From: a virus
Reading direction: 5' to 3' (one strand)
Length of the DNA: 64,000 bases
IMG/VR virus record: IMGVR_UViG_3300032323_001387
Span: 96,001-160,000 of that record
A program made the position numbers and the translations under genes. Every line of letters begins with the position of its first letter. The first letter of the stretch is position 1. Positions 9,701-17,748 of this stretch are shown one piece after another. The notes beneath the pieces are model-generated. The model was not told where the DNA came from. It did not search any database and worked only from the letters and a program-made list of their open reading frames with translations.

Positions 9701-11900
9701 AGAAGGTTCTACAAACTTATACTTCACAGACACTCGTGCTCGTAACGCAGTAAGTCTAACAAGTGACAAGACTAGTGTATTGAGCTACAATGCAAGCACA
9801 GGCGCATTTACATTTGCTATCGCAAATGCATCTACTAGTGATATTGCAGAAGGCACAAACCTATACTACACTGACACTCGCGCTCGCGCAGCAGTAAGTG
9901 TTTCTGACAATGGTGGCGATGGTAGCCTAAGCTATGACAGCGCAACTGGTGTAATCACATACACAGGCCCAAGTGCTAGCGAAGTTCGTGCACATTTGAG
10001 CGCAACAAGCGCATCTGGTGTAACATACAGCAGCTCTACTGGTGTAATTGCTCTTGCAAGTATTCCAAATAGCAGCTTGACAAACAGTTCTGTTACAGTT
10101 AATGGTGCAACAGTAAGTTTGGGCGGCAGCACAAGTTTCGATACTGACAGTGTAACTGAAGGTGCTGGCAACTTGTACTTCACAGATGCTCGAGCAGCAG
10201 CAGCTATTAGCTTGACAACAAGCGATAGTTCTGTATTGGACTACAACAGTTCAACTGGTGAGTTTACATTCAGCTTAACAGGTATCGACACAGATGAAGT
10301 TACAGAAGGCGCAACCAACTTGTACTTCACTACTGCTCGTGCTCGTAACAGCGTAAGCGCAGTAGACGCAGGTGGCGATGGTAGCTTCAGCTATGATTCA
10401 GCAACTGGTGCATTCACATACACTGGCCCAAGTGCAGCAGAAGTACGTGCACACCTAAGCGTAACAGATTTGGGTGGCGATGGTGCTTTATCTTATGACA
10501 GCGCAACTGGTGTAATCACTTATACTGGTCCAAGTGCTAGCGAAGTTCGTGCTCACCTAAGTGCTACAAGTGCTTCTGGTGTAACATATGACAATGCAAC
10601 TGGTGTAATTGCTCTTGCAAGTATTCCAAATAGCAGCTTAACTAATGATAGTATCACTATCAACGGCACAACCGTTGCATTGGGTGCATCTAACAGTTTC
10701 GATACTGGCAGTGTTACTGAAGGTACAAACTTGTACTATACAGACACTCGAGTTCGTAACGCAGTTAGCTTGGTAACAAGCGACAGCACTGTATTCGACT
10801 ACGATCCAGCTACTGGTGTATTCACTTACAGCGCAACTGGTTTGGACACAGACGAAGTTGCAGAAGGTACTACAAACCTATACTTTACACAAGCTCGCGC
10901 TCGTGACAGTATCAGCACAAACGGCTGGCAAATCAGTTACGACAACGCCACTGGTGTAATTAGTATAGCTACTCCAGATACAGATGACGTATCTGAAGGT
11001 ACAACTAACCAGTATTTCACATTAGCCCGTGCACGTACAGCAGTCAGCTTAACAACTGATAACACTGATGCAATGAGCTATGACAATACAACTGGTATTT
11101 TCACGTTCACATTAAACAGTGTTGATACAGATGAGATCGCAGAAGGTGCTACAAGTTTATACTTCACAACAGCTCGTGCTCGTAATAGTGTAAACAACGG
11201 TGCAAATATCGATTATGATAGCAGCACTGGTACAATCAGCACACAAGCTGCGGTTTGGAGCGTAAATGGTCAAGAACACGCCGTTGTTCTAGATACAGAT
11301 GACATCAGCGAAGGTAGCACAAACCTATACTTCACAGATGCTCGTGCAAGAAGTGCTATCACTCTAACTACAGATGACAGCAACATTCTAAGCTACAATA
11401 CAGGTACAGGTGCTCTAACATTCGTTACACCTACAACTGACAGTATCGAAGAAGGTGCAGTAAATCTATACTACACTGACACTCGTGCAGACGGTCGTAT
11501 TGCAGCAGCAAGTATCCGTGACCTATCCGATGTAGATGCAGATGATGCACTACAAGACGGTTATACGCTAGTTTGGAGTAGTGTACGCGGCGAATTCGTT
11601 CCACAGAACATCGCTGTAACAGCTACTACATTAAACTTTACTGGTGACGGTACAACAACTAGCTTCAGCACTGGTGTTGAAGTTTCAAGCATTGATAATA
11701 CTCAAGTGTTTATCAACGGTTTGATTCAAGCGCCAACATACTCTTATACATTAAGTACAACAAGTAATGTAACAAGTATTGTGTTTGACACAGCTCCAGA
11801 AGCCAACGATTATATCTTCGTTCGTGTAAGCTCTACTAGCACATTGACTGCTGGTGGTATTCTAAACGAAAATAGTAACGTCGACGGCGGTACGTTCTAA
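6774..11900 (+). CDS. Long repeat fibre protein (1708 aa)
   Basis: DSAP..LDTLNELAAA fibre N-terminal motif; about 22 TDx[VI]xEGxxNLY[FY]TxxRAR repeats; Ser/Thr/Asp-rich; ends DGGTF. Confidence 0.85.
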   Translation: MPLIKARSSSIMDNVDLRGQPTAETAQQSVNTNQLASTAYVRTAVAELVDSAPGLLDTLNELAAAIADDANFATTVANSIATKVPLDGSVAMTGELTLSGTPTQNLSATTKQYVDDLVDSQMIYSTDDVAEGTTNLYYTATRVKNAISLTSDNTTVLDYDSASGQFTYNHPTSDGVLEGATNLYFTTARARNSISMNSDDGTIISYSSSTGEITFTTPDTDKIVEGATNLYFTTARARNSISNGANIDYDASSGIVSTQAAVWSVNGQEHTVVLDTDDISEGSANLYFTNARARSAVSLTTDNSNILSYNSGTGTLTFTTPSTDAISEGSVNLYYTDTRVRAAISASGDISYNQATGNFSYSTPTTDGVNEGSSNLYFTNARARNSVSLTSDNSSVLSYDNSTGEFTFTLGNQTTDDVQEGTNNLYYLDGRARAAISLSSNWGNVSYDNTSGVITVSAPSTDDVTEGTNLYHTTARARGAVSATDAGGDGSFSYDSATGVFTYTGPSDSEVRAHLSAVDAGGDGSFSYDSATGVFTYTGPTATEVRAHLSATSASGAQYDSNTGVISLSNIPNSSLTNDSVTVNGATVALGGSTSFDTDSVNEGATNQYFTQTRARNSISLTSDNTSVLDYDSITGEFTFSLGNQTTDDVAEGATNLYFTDTRARNAVSAVDAGGDGSFSYDAATGTFTYTGPSAAEVRAHLSATSASGVTYNSSTGVIALASIPNSSLTNSEITLNGTTVSLGGSNSFTTDAVNEGTTNQYYTSTRVRNELSADDVEGVGAFSYNSNTGEFSFDASAVVATVNGQSGYVTLDTDDINEGSGNLYYTTARTRADVSGGTGVTYTQSTGVFAIGQAVGTSDDVTFNDVTVSGDLTVNGTLTTINSTDLTVTDKNITIADGAANAAAANGAGITVDGANATITYASATDSWDFNKDVSITGGLTLTEDLTAPTFIGDLTGDVTGTVSDISNHNTDALTEGSTNLYFTDTRARNAVSLTSDKTSVLSYNASTGAFTFAIANASTSDIAEGTNLYYTDTRARAAVSVSDNGGDGSLSYDSATGVITYTGPSASEVRAHLSATSASGVTYSSSTGVIALASIPNSSLTNSSVTVNGATVSLGGSTSFDTDSVTEGAGNLYFTDARAAAAISLTTSDSSVLDYNSSTGEFTFSLTGIDTDEVTEGATNLYFTTARARNSVSAVDAGGDGSFSYDSATGAFTYTGPSAAEVRAHLSVTDLGGDGALSYDSATGVITYTGPSASEVRAHLSATSASGVTYDNATGVIALASIPNSSLTNDSITINGTTVALGASNSFDTGSVTEGTNLYYTDTRVRNAVSLVTSDSTVFDYDPATGVFTYSATGLDTDEVAEGTTNLYFTQARARDSISTNGWQISYDNATGVISIATPDTDDVSEGTTNQYFTLARARTAVSLTTDNTDAMSYDNTTGIFTFTLNSVDTDEIAEGATSLYFTTARARNSVNNGANIDYDSSTGTISTQAAVWSVNGQEHAVVLDTDDISEGSTNLYFTDARARSAITLTTDDSNILSYNTGTGALTFVTPTTDSIEEGAVNLYYTDTRADGRIAAASIRDLSDVDADDALQDGYTLVWSSVRGEFVPQNIAVTATTLNFTGDGTTTSFSTGVEVSSIDNTQVFINGLIQAPTYSYTLSTTSNVTSIVFDTAPEANDYIFVRVSSTSTLTAGGILNENSNVDGGTF
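8226..8394 (+). repeat. Exact 67-bp direct repeat (102-bp period) within the fibre gene
   Basis: gatgctggcggtgacggcagtttcagctatgacagcgcaactggtgtattcacttatactggtccaa at 8226 and 8328. Confidence 0.9.
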
Positions 11901-11920
11901 TTAGAAATAATTAGTACATA

Positions 11921-11945
11921 AAAAGGGCTCTTCGGAGCCCTTTTT
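11921..11945 (+). terminator. Intrinsic terminator identical to the one at 4651
   Basis: AAAAGGGCTC-TTCG-GAGCCCTTTTT; TATAAATA follows at about 11964. Confidence 0.9.
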
Positions 11946-11994
11946 TAACGATCTTTGAATTTGTATAAATATAAATATATTATTACACACCATC

Positions 11995-12495
11995 ATGCCA
12001 ATTTTCCGAGGTAAAAATTTTGTTAGCGCAGTATCCGACTATAAAGATAGTGTTCGCCTAGCCACACGATCTAATATAAATGTTAGCGCAAATATCTTTA
12101 CAGTAGATGGGGTATCGTTATCAGACAAAGATAGAGTATTATTAGCCGGGCAAATTGCACAAAATCAAAATGGCATATATTCATGGTCCGTTTCTACAAG
12201 TAAATTAACAAGAGCAACTGATGCAGATAGTATTTTTGAACTAAGCAGCGGCAATAAAGTATATGTAGAAGAAGGAAATACACTGGGCAAAAGTTCTTGG
12301 ACATTAGTAACACCCGGGGTAATTACTCCTGGTATTACAGCATTAGTTTTTGCTAAAGAAAGCAGAATTAATACCACAGATGTAAGTGGAAACTACGGCG
12401 GCCCCGGAAAAACATTAGAGATATCAGTAGACGAGACGGGCGAAATCAATTCTATCACTGAAGTAGATATTGATATCGACGGCGGCAACTTCTAA
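11995..12495 (+). CDS. Fibre-associated structural protein
   Basis: K.SVR.AT..NI...DGV.L...DRVLL..Q...QNGIY...RATDAD domain common in phage fibres; ends DGGNF. Confidence 0.7.
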   Translation: MPIFRGKNFVSAVSDYKDSVRLATRSNINVSANIFTVDGVSLSDKDRVLLAGQIAQNQNGIYSWSVSTSKLTRATDADSIFELSSGNKVYVEEGNTLGKSSWTLVTPGVITPGITALVFAKESRINTTDVSGNYGGPGKTLEISVDETGEINSITEVDIDIDGGNF

Positions 12496-12594
12496 TTTAA
12501 CACCTGTTTCTTACACATAGTACTTTGTTTTGGCTAAATACTAGACGAATAGTAGAAATCGAACGTTCTATAATTTCAAGGGGTATATACTCAA

Positions 12595-15420
12595 ATGGCC
12601 AATACAATTATTTTAAAGCGTAGTGCAACACCTGGCAAGGTACCAACGACAGGGCAGTTGGCATTAGGCGAAATCGCAATTAACACCTACGACGGTTTAT
12701 TATACATCAAAAAAGATGACGGAACAGCCAGTGTTGTTCAAATCGGTGGTGTAACCAGTGTTAACGGCGAAACCGGTGCAGTAACAATCGACACAGGCGA
12801 CGTTGCTGAAAACGGTAATCTTTATTTTACAAATGCTCGCGCACGTAGCGCGATCAGTGCAGGTTCCGGTATCACTTATAACAGTAGTACTGGTGCAATC
12901 AGCACAACACAGACATTAACAACAGCAGGTACACCTACTTTTGCAGGTCTAACTTTAACTGGTGGTATCAGCAGCATTGCTGGTGACATCATTCCTAGCG
13001 CAGACATTACTTATGATCTAGGTAGTCCAACAAGACAGTGGAAAGATATCTACGTTGGTCCAGGTTCTTTGTACGTTAACGGAAGTAAAGTTCTAGAAGA
13101 CAATTCTGGTACTATTACATTCACAGCCGACGTTGATCAAAACATTCGCATCAACGCAGTTGGCGCAGGTGTATTACAATTAGGTTCTAGTACAACAAAC
13201 GTTAACATCGACGGCACACTACAAATCGCTAGCGGTAAGAACATTACTGACAGCTCTGGTATCAAAGTTAACTTCGGTGATAACATCGAAATGAACGGTA
13301 ACAAAGTTATCGGTCTTGGTGCTCCAAGTTCTGCAAACGATGCAGCTACAAAGACTTATGTTGATACAGCAATTGGTAATATTAGCACAAACAGTATCAC
13401 ACAAGGTAACAGTAACGTTCAAGTTGTTGATACAGGTACTGGTACTGTTACAGTTACAGTTGACGGCAGCACAGCATTGACAGTAACCGCTAGCGGTGTT
13501 GTTATCGCAGGTAACATGACAGTTAACGGTACAACAACAAGCGTTAACTCAAATACAATCAGCTTGGCAGACAACATCATCACATTGAACAGTGATGCAA
13601 CTGGTGCTCCAACACAAAACGCTGGTATTGAAGTTGAACGTGGTGACGAAGCCAACGTGCAAATTCGTTGGAACGAAGGCACACAACGTTGGACATTTAC
13701 CAACGATGGCGCAGTTTATCACCCAATCGTAGTTAATACAGACGGTTTAACAGAAGGTTCAACAAACCTATATCATACAACAGCTCGTGCTCGTGGCGCT
13801 ATTAGTGCTAGCAGCGCAACAGGTGTAAGTTACAACAGTTCTACCGGTGCAATCAGCTTAGGTTCTATTCCTAACAGCAGTTTGACAAACAACAGCATTA
13901 CTATCAACGGTACAAGCGTAGCACTTGGTGGTACACGTACTTTGGATACAGATGCAATCAGTGAAGGTTCTACAAACCAATATTTCACTACAGCTCGTGC
14001 ACGTAGCAGTGTAAGTGCCGGTACAGGTATCAGCTACAACAGTACAACTGGTGCGATCAGTACAAGTGCTATTCCAAACGCAAGTTTGGCAAACAGCAGC
14101 GTTACAGTTGGTACAACAGCAATCGCATTGGGTGCAAGTGCTACTACACTGGGCGGATTGACAAGTGTTACATCTACTAGCTTCACTGGTGCTTTAACTG
14201 GTAACGCTGATACTGCTACAAGTGCAGGTAAGTGGACAACAGCACGTACAATTTCGTTGGGCGGTGACTTAACAGGTAGCGTGAGTTTCGACGGTAGCGC
14301 AAACGCAACTTTAACTGCCACAGTGGCAGCTAACAGCGTTGCATTAGGTACAGACACAACTGGTAACTATATGGTTGACCTAACTGCTGGCACAGGCATC
14401 ACAGTTACTCATACACCAGGCGAAGGTTCTAACGCAACTGTAGCAGTTGACACAACTACAATCGCTACAAGAGCATACGTTGATAGTTCTGTTCAGGCTA
14501 AAGATAACACAGACGAGATCACTGAAGGTACAACAAACTTGTACTTCACTAATGCTCGCGCACGTGGTGCAGTTAGCTTTACAGCAGGCTCTGGTGCATA
14601 CAACAGCACAACAGGTGTTATCACAATTCCTACAAACACTAACCAATTGACTAACGGTGCAAACTTTGCAACGACCAGTTATGTTGATAGTGCAGTAGCA
14701 GGTAAAGACAACACAGACGAAATCACAGAAGGTAGTACAAACTTGTATTTCACTAATGCTCGCGCACGTGGTGCAGTAAGTGTTACTGATGCAGGCGGCG
14801 ACGGTAGTCTAAGTTACAATAGTACAACTGGTGTTATTACTTACACTGGTCCAAGTGCTAGCGAAGTACGTGCTCACTTCAGTGCAAGTACCGGTATAAC
14901 AATTACTAACGGTGCTATTGCAACAACAATTACTCAGTACACAGATGCATTGGCACGTGGTGCAGTAAGTGCAGGTACCGGTATTTCTTACAACAGCACA
15001 ACTGGTGTAATTACTAACAGCTTATCTACAAGCGGTGGTTCAATCGGCGGCGCTATTGCAGTTAGCGGTGCAATTACAGCTACTGGTGAAATTACAGCTT
15101 ACTTCTCTGACTTACGTTTGAAGACAAACATTGTTCCAATCGAAGATGCACTAGACAAAGTCGAAGCAATCAACGGTGTTACATTTGATCCAAACGACGC
15201 TGCTCTAGCATTAGGTATTGATGATCGTCACCAGATGGGTGTTATTGCTCAAGAAGTCGAAGCAGTTGCTCCTGAATTGGTATGTGACAGTGCATTTGCT
15301 GGTTACAAAACAGTTCGTTATGACAAGCTAACAGCATTGTTGATCGAAGCAGTTAAAGAATTAAGTGCTAAAGTGAAGACACTGGAAGCACAGTTGGGTA
15401 ACACAAAGCCAACATTATAA
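12595..15420 (+). CDS. Tail fibre with C-terminal intramolecular chaperone (peptidase S74)
   Basis: N-terminal I.LKRS...GK.P...L..GE.AIN..DG; five EGxxNLYFTxARAR-type repeats; C-terminal SDLRLKTNI...GVIAQEVE.V.PE...L.EAVKEL. Confidence 0.9.
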   Translation: MANTIILKRSATPGKVPTTGQLALGEIAINTYDGLLYIKKDDGTASVVQIGGVTSVNGETGAVTIDTGDVAENGNLYFTNARARSAISAGSGITYNSSTGAISTTQTLTTAGTPTFAGLTLTGGISSIAGDIIPSADITYDLGSPTRQWKDIYVGPGSLYVNGSKVLEDNSGTITFTADVDQNIRINAVGAGVLQLGSSTTNVNIDGTLQIASGKNITDSSGIKVNFGDNIEMNGNKVIGLGAPSSANDAATKTYVDTAIGNISTNSITQGNSNVQVVDTGTGTVTVTVDGSTALTVTASGVVIAGNMTVNGTTTSVNSNTISLADNIITLNSDATGAPTQNAGIEVERGDEANVQIRWNEGTQRWTFTNDGAVYHPIVVNTDGLTEGSTNLYHTTARARGAISASSATGVSYNSSTGAISLGSIPNSSLTNNSITINGTSVALGGTRTLDTDAISEGSTNQYFTTARARSSVSAGTGISYNSTTGAISTSAIPNASLANSSVTVGTTAIALGASATTLGGLTSVTSTSFTGALTGNADTATSAGKWTTARTISLGGDLTGSVSFDGSANATLTATVAANSVALGTDTTGNYMVDLTAGTGITVTHTPGEGSNATVAVDTTTIATRAYVDSSVQAKDNTDEITEGTTNLYFTNARARGAVSFTAGSGAYNSTTGVITIPTNTNQLTNGANFATTSYVDSAVAGKDNTDEITEGSTNLYFTNARARGAVSVTDAGGDGSLSYNSTTGVITYTGPSASEVRAHFSASTGITITNGAIATTITQYTDALARGAVSAGTGISYNSTTGVITNSLSTSGGSIGGAIAVSGAITATGEITAYFSDLRLKTNIVPIEDALDKVEAINGVTFDPNDAALALGIDDRHQMGVIAQEVEAVAPELVCDSAFAGYKTVRYDKLTALLIEAVKELSAKVKTLEAQLGNTKPTL

Positions 15421-15429
15421 TTTCCGGAA

Positions 15430-15457
15430 ATTAAATGGGACTACGGTCCCATTTAAT
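15430..15457 (+). terminator. Stable hairpin (UACG tetraloop), probable terminator or processing site
   Basis: ATTAAATGGGAC-TACG-GTCCCATTTAAT; weak U-tract. Confidence 0.6.
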
Positions 15458-15485
15458 AGGATAAATAAACGAATAGGAGATTATA

Positions 15486-15680
15486 ATGGCAGTTTTACCA
15501 GCAACAGGTTCTGAAATTGTTATGGGTCGTGTTAGACAATCATATAATAACGTAGCCCCAGGTGCCGGCCAAAATATTTCATTAGGTGGTACACTTGGTG
15601 GATTTTTAGGACAATCAGCAGGAACTCAAATTAGCTTGAGTTCTAGATTCGGCGGCAGATTAACACCGTTCAACTACTAA
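15486..15680 (+). CDS. Small Gly-rich fibre-associated protein
   Basis: 64 aa; AGGAG SD; TAAATA upstream; internal Q.ISL repeat. Confidence 0.7.
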   Translation: MAVLPATGSEIVMGRVRQSYNNVAPGAGQNISLGGTLGGFLGQSAGTQISLSSRFGGRLTPFNY

Positions 15681-15696
15681 TCTTAAGATAGAGAAC

Positions 15697-15726
15697 TATA
15701 AATACCTCAGTAACCCTGAGGTATTT
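15697..15726 (+). promoter_or_regulatory. Late promoter overlapping an SD-sequestering hairpin
   Basis: TATAAATA 15697-15704; AAATACCTCAG-taacc-CTGAGGTATTT with the GAGGT SD in the 3' arm. Confidence 0.7.
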
Positions 15727-15728
15727 TT

Positions 15729-16313
15729 ATGGCTAAACAAAAAACGGTACAACATGAAAAAGATGAAGTATTAGAGCAATTATTTGCACTATGTCCTTTC
15801 AACTCGACGAGTGAGTTTGAAAGACAAAACTTTATTGAATTAACAGGCGTAGCTCGCGCTCGTTATATAGTTTCTGTAATTAACAGAATTAGAAAAATCG
15901 ACAGCGATTTAGAACTAGAGCAACGTACATTTGAACAAAATTGTTTGTTAGAAGAACGTGCGTACTTGGTTAAATTTATTAAAAATGAACCACAGAATGA
16001 ACTTCAATCTATACTTACAAATTGGCAAATTACTGAAGAAGAGTATTGGATTGACTACCTAGGAAAAATTGCCGCTATAGAATTATTGACAATAGGCAAG
16101 CCTAGTTTAGAAACCATGACAAAAATGGTTAAACTTCCAGAAAGTGCTTATATTAAAGCTACACAAATCTGTGTTAAGTTAGCAAACGCAATCAAAGAAG
16201 CTACTGTAATGGCAGAACAAGAAATTGGTATTGATACAAATAACACTGCGGATGTTACAGATCCATCGGCGCCTTCTCAACCTAAGAAATTAAAACTTAA
16301 AAAAATTAAATGA
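15729..16313 (+). CDS. Hypothetical helical protein
   Basis: 194 aa ORF with SD; overlaps the next gene. Confidence 0.7.
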   Translation: MAKQKTVQHEKDEVLEQLFALCPFNSTSEFERQNFIELTGVARARYIVSVINRIRKIDSDLELEQRTFEQNCLLEERAYLVKFIKNEPQNELQSILTNWQITEEEYWIDYLGKIAAIELLTIGKPSLETMTKMVKLPESAYIKATQICVKLANAIKEATVMAEQEIGIDTNNTADVTDPSAPSQPKKLKLKKIK

Positions 16314-16954
16314 ACTATAATGAAATTCGATTAGCAATTTGTATCCCTACCAGGGATACAATGCACAGTGGTTGCACGTATTCGCTGTATAATCTTTCGC
16401 AAAAGCTAACCGAACACGATATAGATCATAAATTATTTTTAAGTCCAGGAACACTAATAGCAAACCAACGGCATGAATTAGTATTATCTGCAATAGAATG
16501 GGGTGCTACTCATGTCATGTTTATTGACAGTGACATAGAGTTTCAACCCTATCATGTATTTGATTTATTGGAATTCAATGAATTAATTGTAGGAGCTGCA
16601 TATAGTAAACGAGTTGAACCGTTTATAACAACAGCTTGGCATAAAATATACGATTGGAATTCACACGTAGATGTAACTACGCAAACCGATAGCCATATAC
16701 AAGTAGAATGTATGGCGCTAGGTTTTTGTTTAATTAATACATCTGTATTTGAACAACTAGAACTGCCATGGTTTATATTAGGCTACAATAAAGAAGTGCA
16801 TCAATATACAGGCGAGGATATTGAATTTTTTAGGCAATGCAATGACGTCGGAATTCCGATTTGGCTTGATATAGCTACTACCTGCGAACTAGGACATTTA
16901 GGAACAAAATCATTTAAAGTTGCTGGCGGTATCGAAGTAGACCCTGCCATTTAG
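16310..16954 (+). CDS. Glycosyltransferase (GT-A/GT2-like)
   Basis: ICIP, R..LV, THVMFIDSD (DxD), GFCLI, GEDIEFF, GHLG motifs. Confidence 0.85.
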   Translation: MNYNEIRLAICIPTRDTMHSGCTYSLYNLSQKLTEHDIDHKLFLSPGTLIANQRHELVLSAIEWGATHVMFIDSDIEFQPYHVFDLLEFNELIVGAAYSKRVEPFITTAWHKIYDWNSHVDVTTQTDSHIQVECMALGFCLINTSVFEQLELPWFILGYNKEVHQYTGEDIEFFRQCNDVGIPIWLDIATTCELGHLGTKSFKVAGGIEVDPAI

Positions 16955-17300
16955 TATTCCATCTGTTTAGTTTAAGTATGTTAGCTTCTGCAGATACTAT
17001 ATTATCTTTATCTGCAAAATATCGTTGAACTGCAAGATCCTTTTCTGTATTGTCAATAAGCATGTTCAATGTGTTATCTTTAGTAGACAATAGTAACTTT
17101 ATAATGGGATGATCCATGTCTTCTAGATTTAGTAAATGCTGAGTTTGTAAATACCAACGTTCTACGTAACTTATTTCAGGTTTAAATAAAGTATTCAGCA
17201 ACGGATTGTTTAGCCGCACATCCCAGCAATAGTATAAGTCTAATGATCTAGCGACTTTAAGAGGTTGTTCCTTTTTGGGAAATGGTATTATTTCTGCCAT
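16914..17300 (-). CDS. Hypothetical protein
   Basis: 128 aa; last gene of the minus-strand neck operon. Confidence 0.65.
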   Translation of the reverse strand: MAEIIPFPKKEQPLKVARSLDLYYCWDVRLNNPLLNTLFKPEISYVERWYLQTQHLLNLEDMDHPIIKLLLSTKDNTLNMLIDNTEKDLAVQRYFADKDNIVSAEANILKLNRWNTKWQGLLRYRQQL

Positions 17301-17748
17301 TCTTTTTGTCCATCCAATTATAAAAATTCTTAAACTTTTCTTTCAACCGTTTTGAACTCAACATCTGCCTAGTCTTTGGATGTAAAGGGCCAGGCAAGTG
17401 ATCTATATCGGTCCATGCATATCCTATATTCTCTTCGTTCAGCTCTGGTATAAACTCTTTATTAACTAATACAATATATGTGTCGTAGACAAAATCTTTA
17501 CTACGACTATGATAACTATGCAACGGTATTATTTTTTTAATTTTTGTTAGTTGTAATTCTTCTTGTAACTCTCTCTTTAACGCATCTATAGGTTGTTCAT
17601 CGGATTCTACTTTACCGCCAGCAAAGGTCCAAGTGTTAGGATGACTTTCAGTAGGGCTTCTTAGAACAGACATAACTTTATTAGTTTGCTCACTGAGAAT
17701 AATTGCACCTACACCTTTAAACTGCTTCACAGATATAATCTCCACCAT
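17257..17748 (-). CDS. Nudix hydrolase
   Basis: Nudix box GGKVESDEQPIDALKRELQEE. Confidence 0.9.
   Translation of the reverse strand: MVEIISVKQFKGVGAIILSEQTNKVMSVLRSPTESHPNTWTFAGGKVESDEQPIDALKRELQEELQLTKIKKIIPLHSYHSRSKDFVYDTYIVLVNKEFIPELNEENIGYAWTDIDHLPGPLHPKTRQMLSSKRLKEKFKNFYNWMDKKNGRNNTISQKGTTS

Noticed and set aside
6774-15420. Fibre repeats as a CRISPR array or DGR template/variable pair
   Set aside because: The repeats are in-frame, vary at synonymous positions and lack a unique-spacer structure. Differences are not adenine-specific, and no reverse transcriptase or cas gene is in the window.
15486-16954. RiPP (glycocin-like) cluster of peptide plus glycosyltransferase
   Set aside because: The peptide has no Cys, no transporter or peptidase is adjacent, and late-promoter and fibre context favour a structural role.
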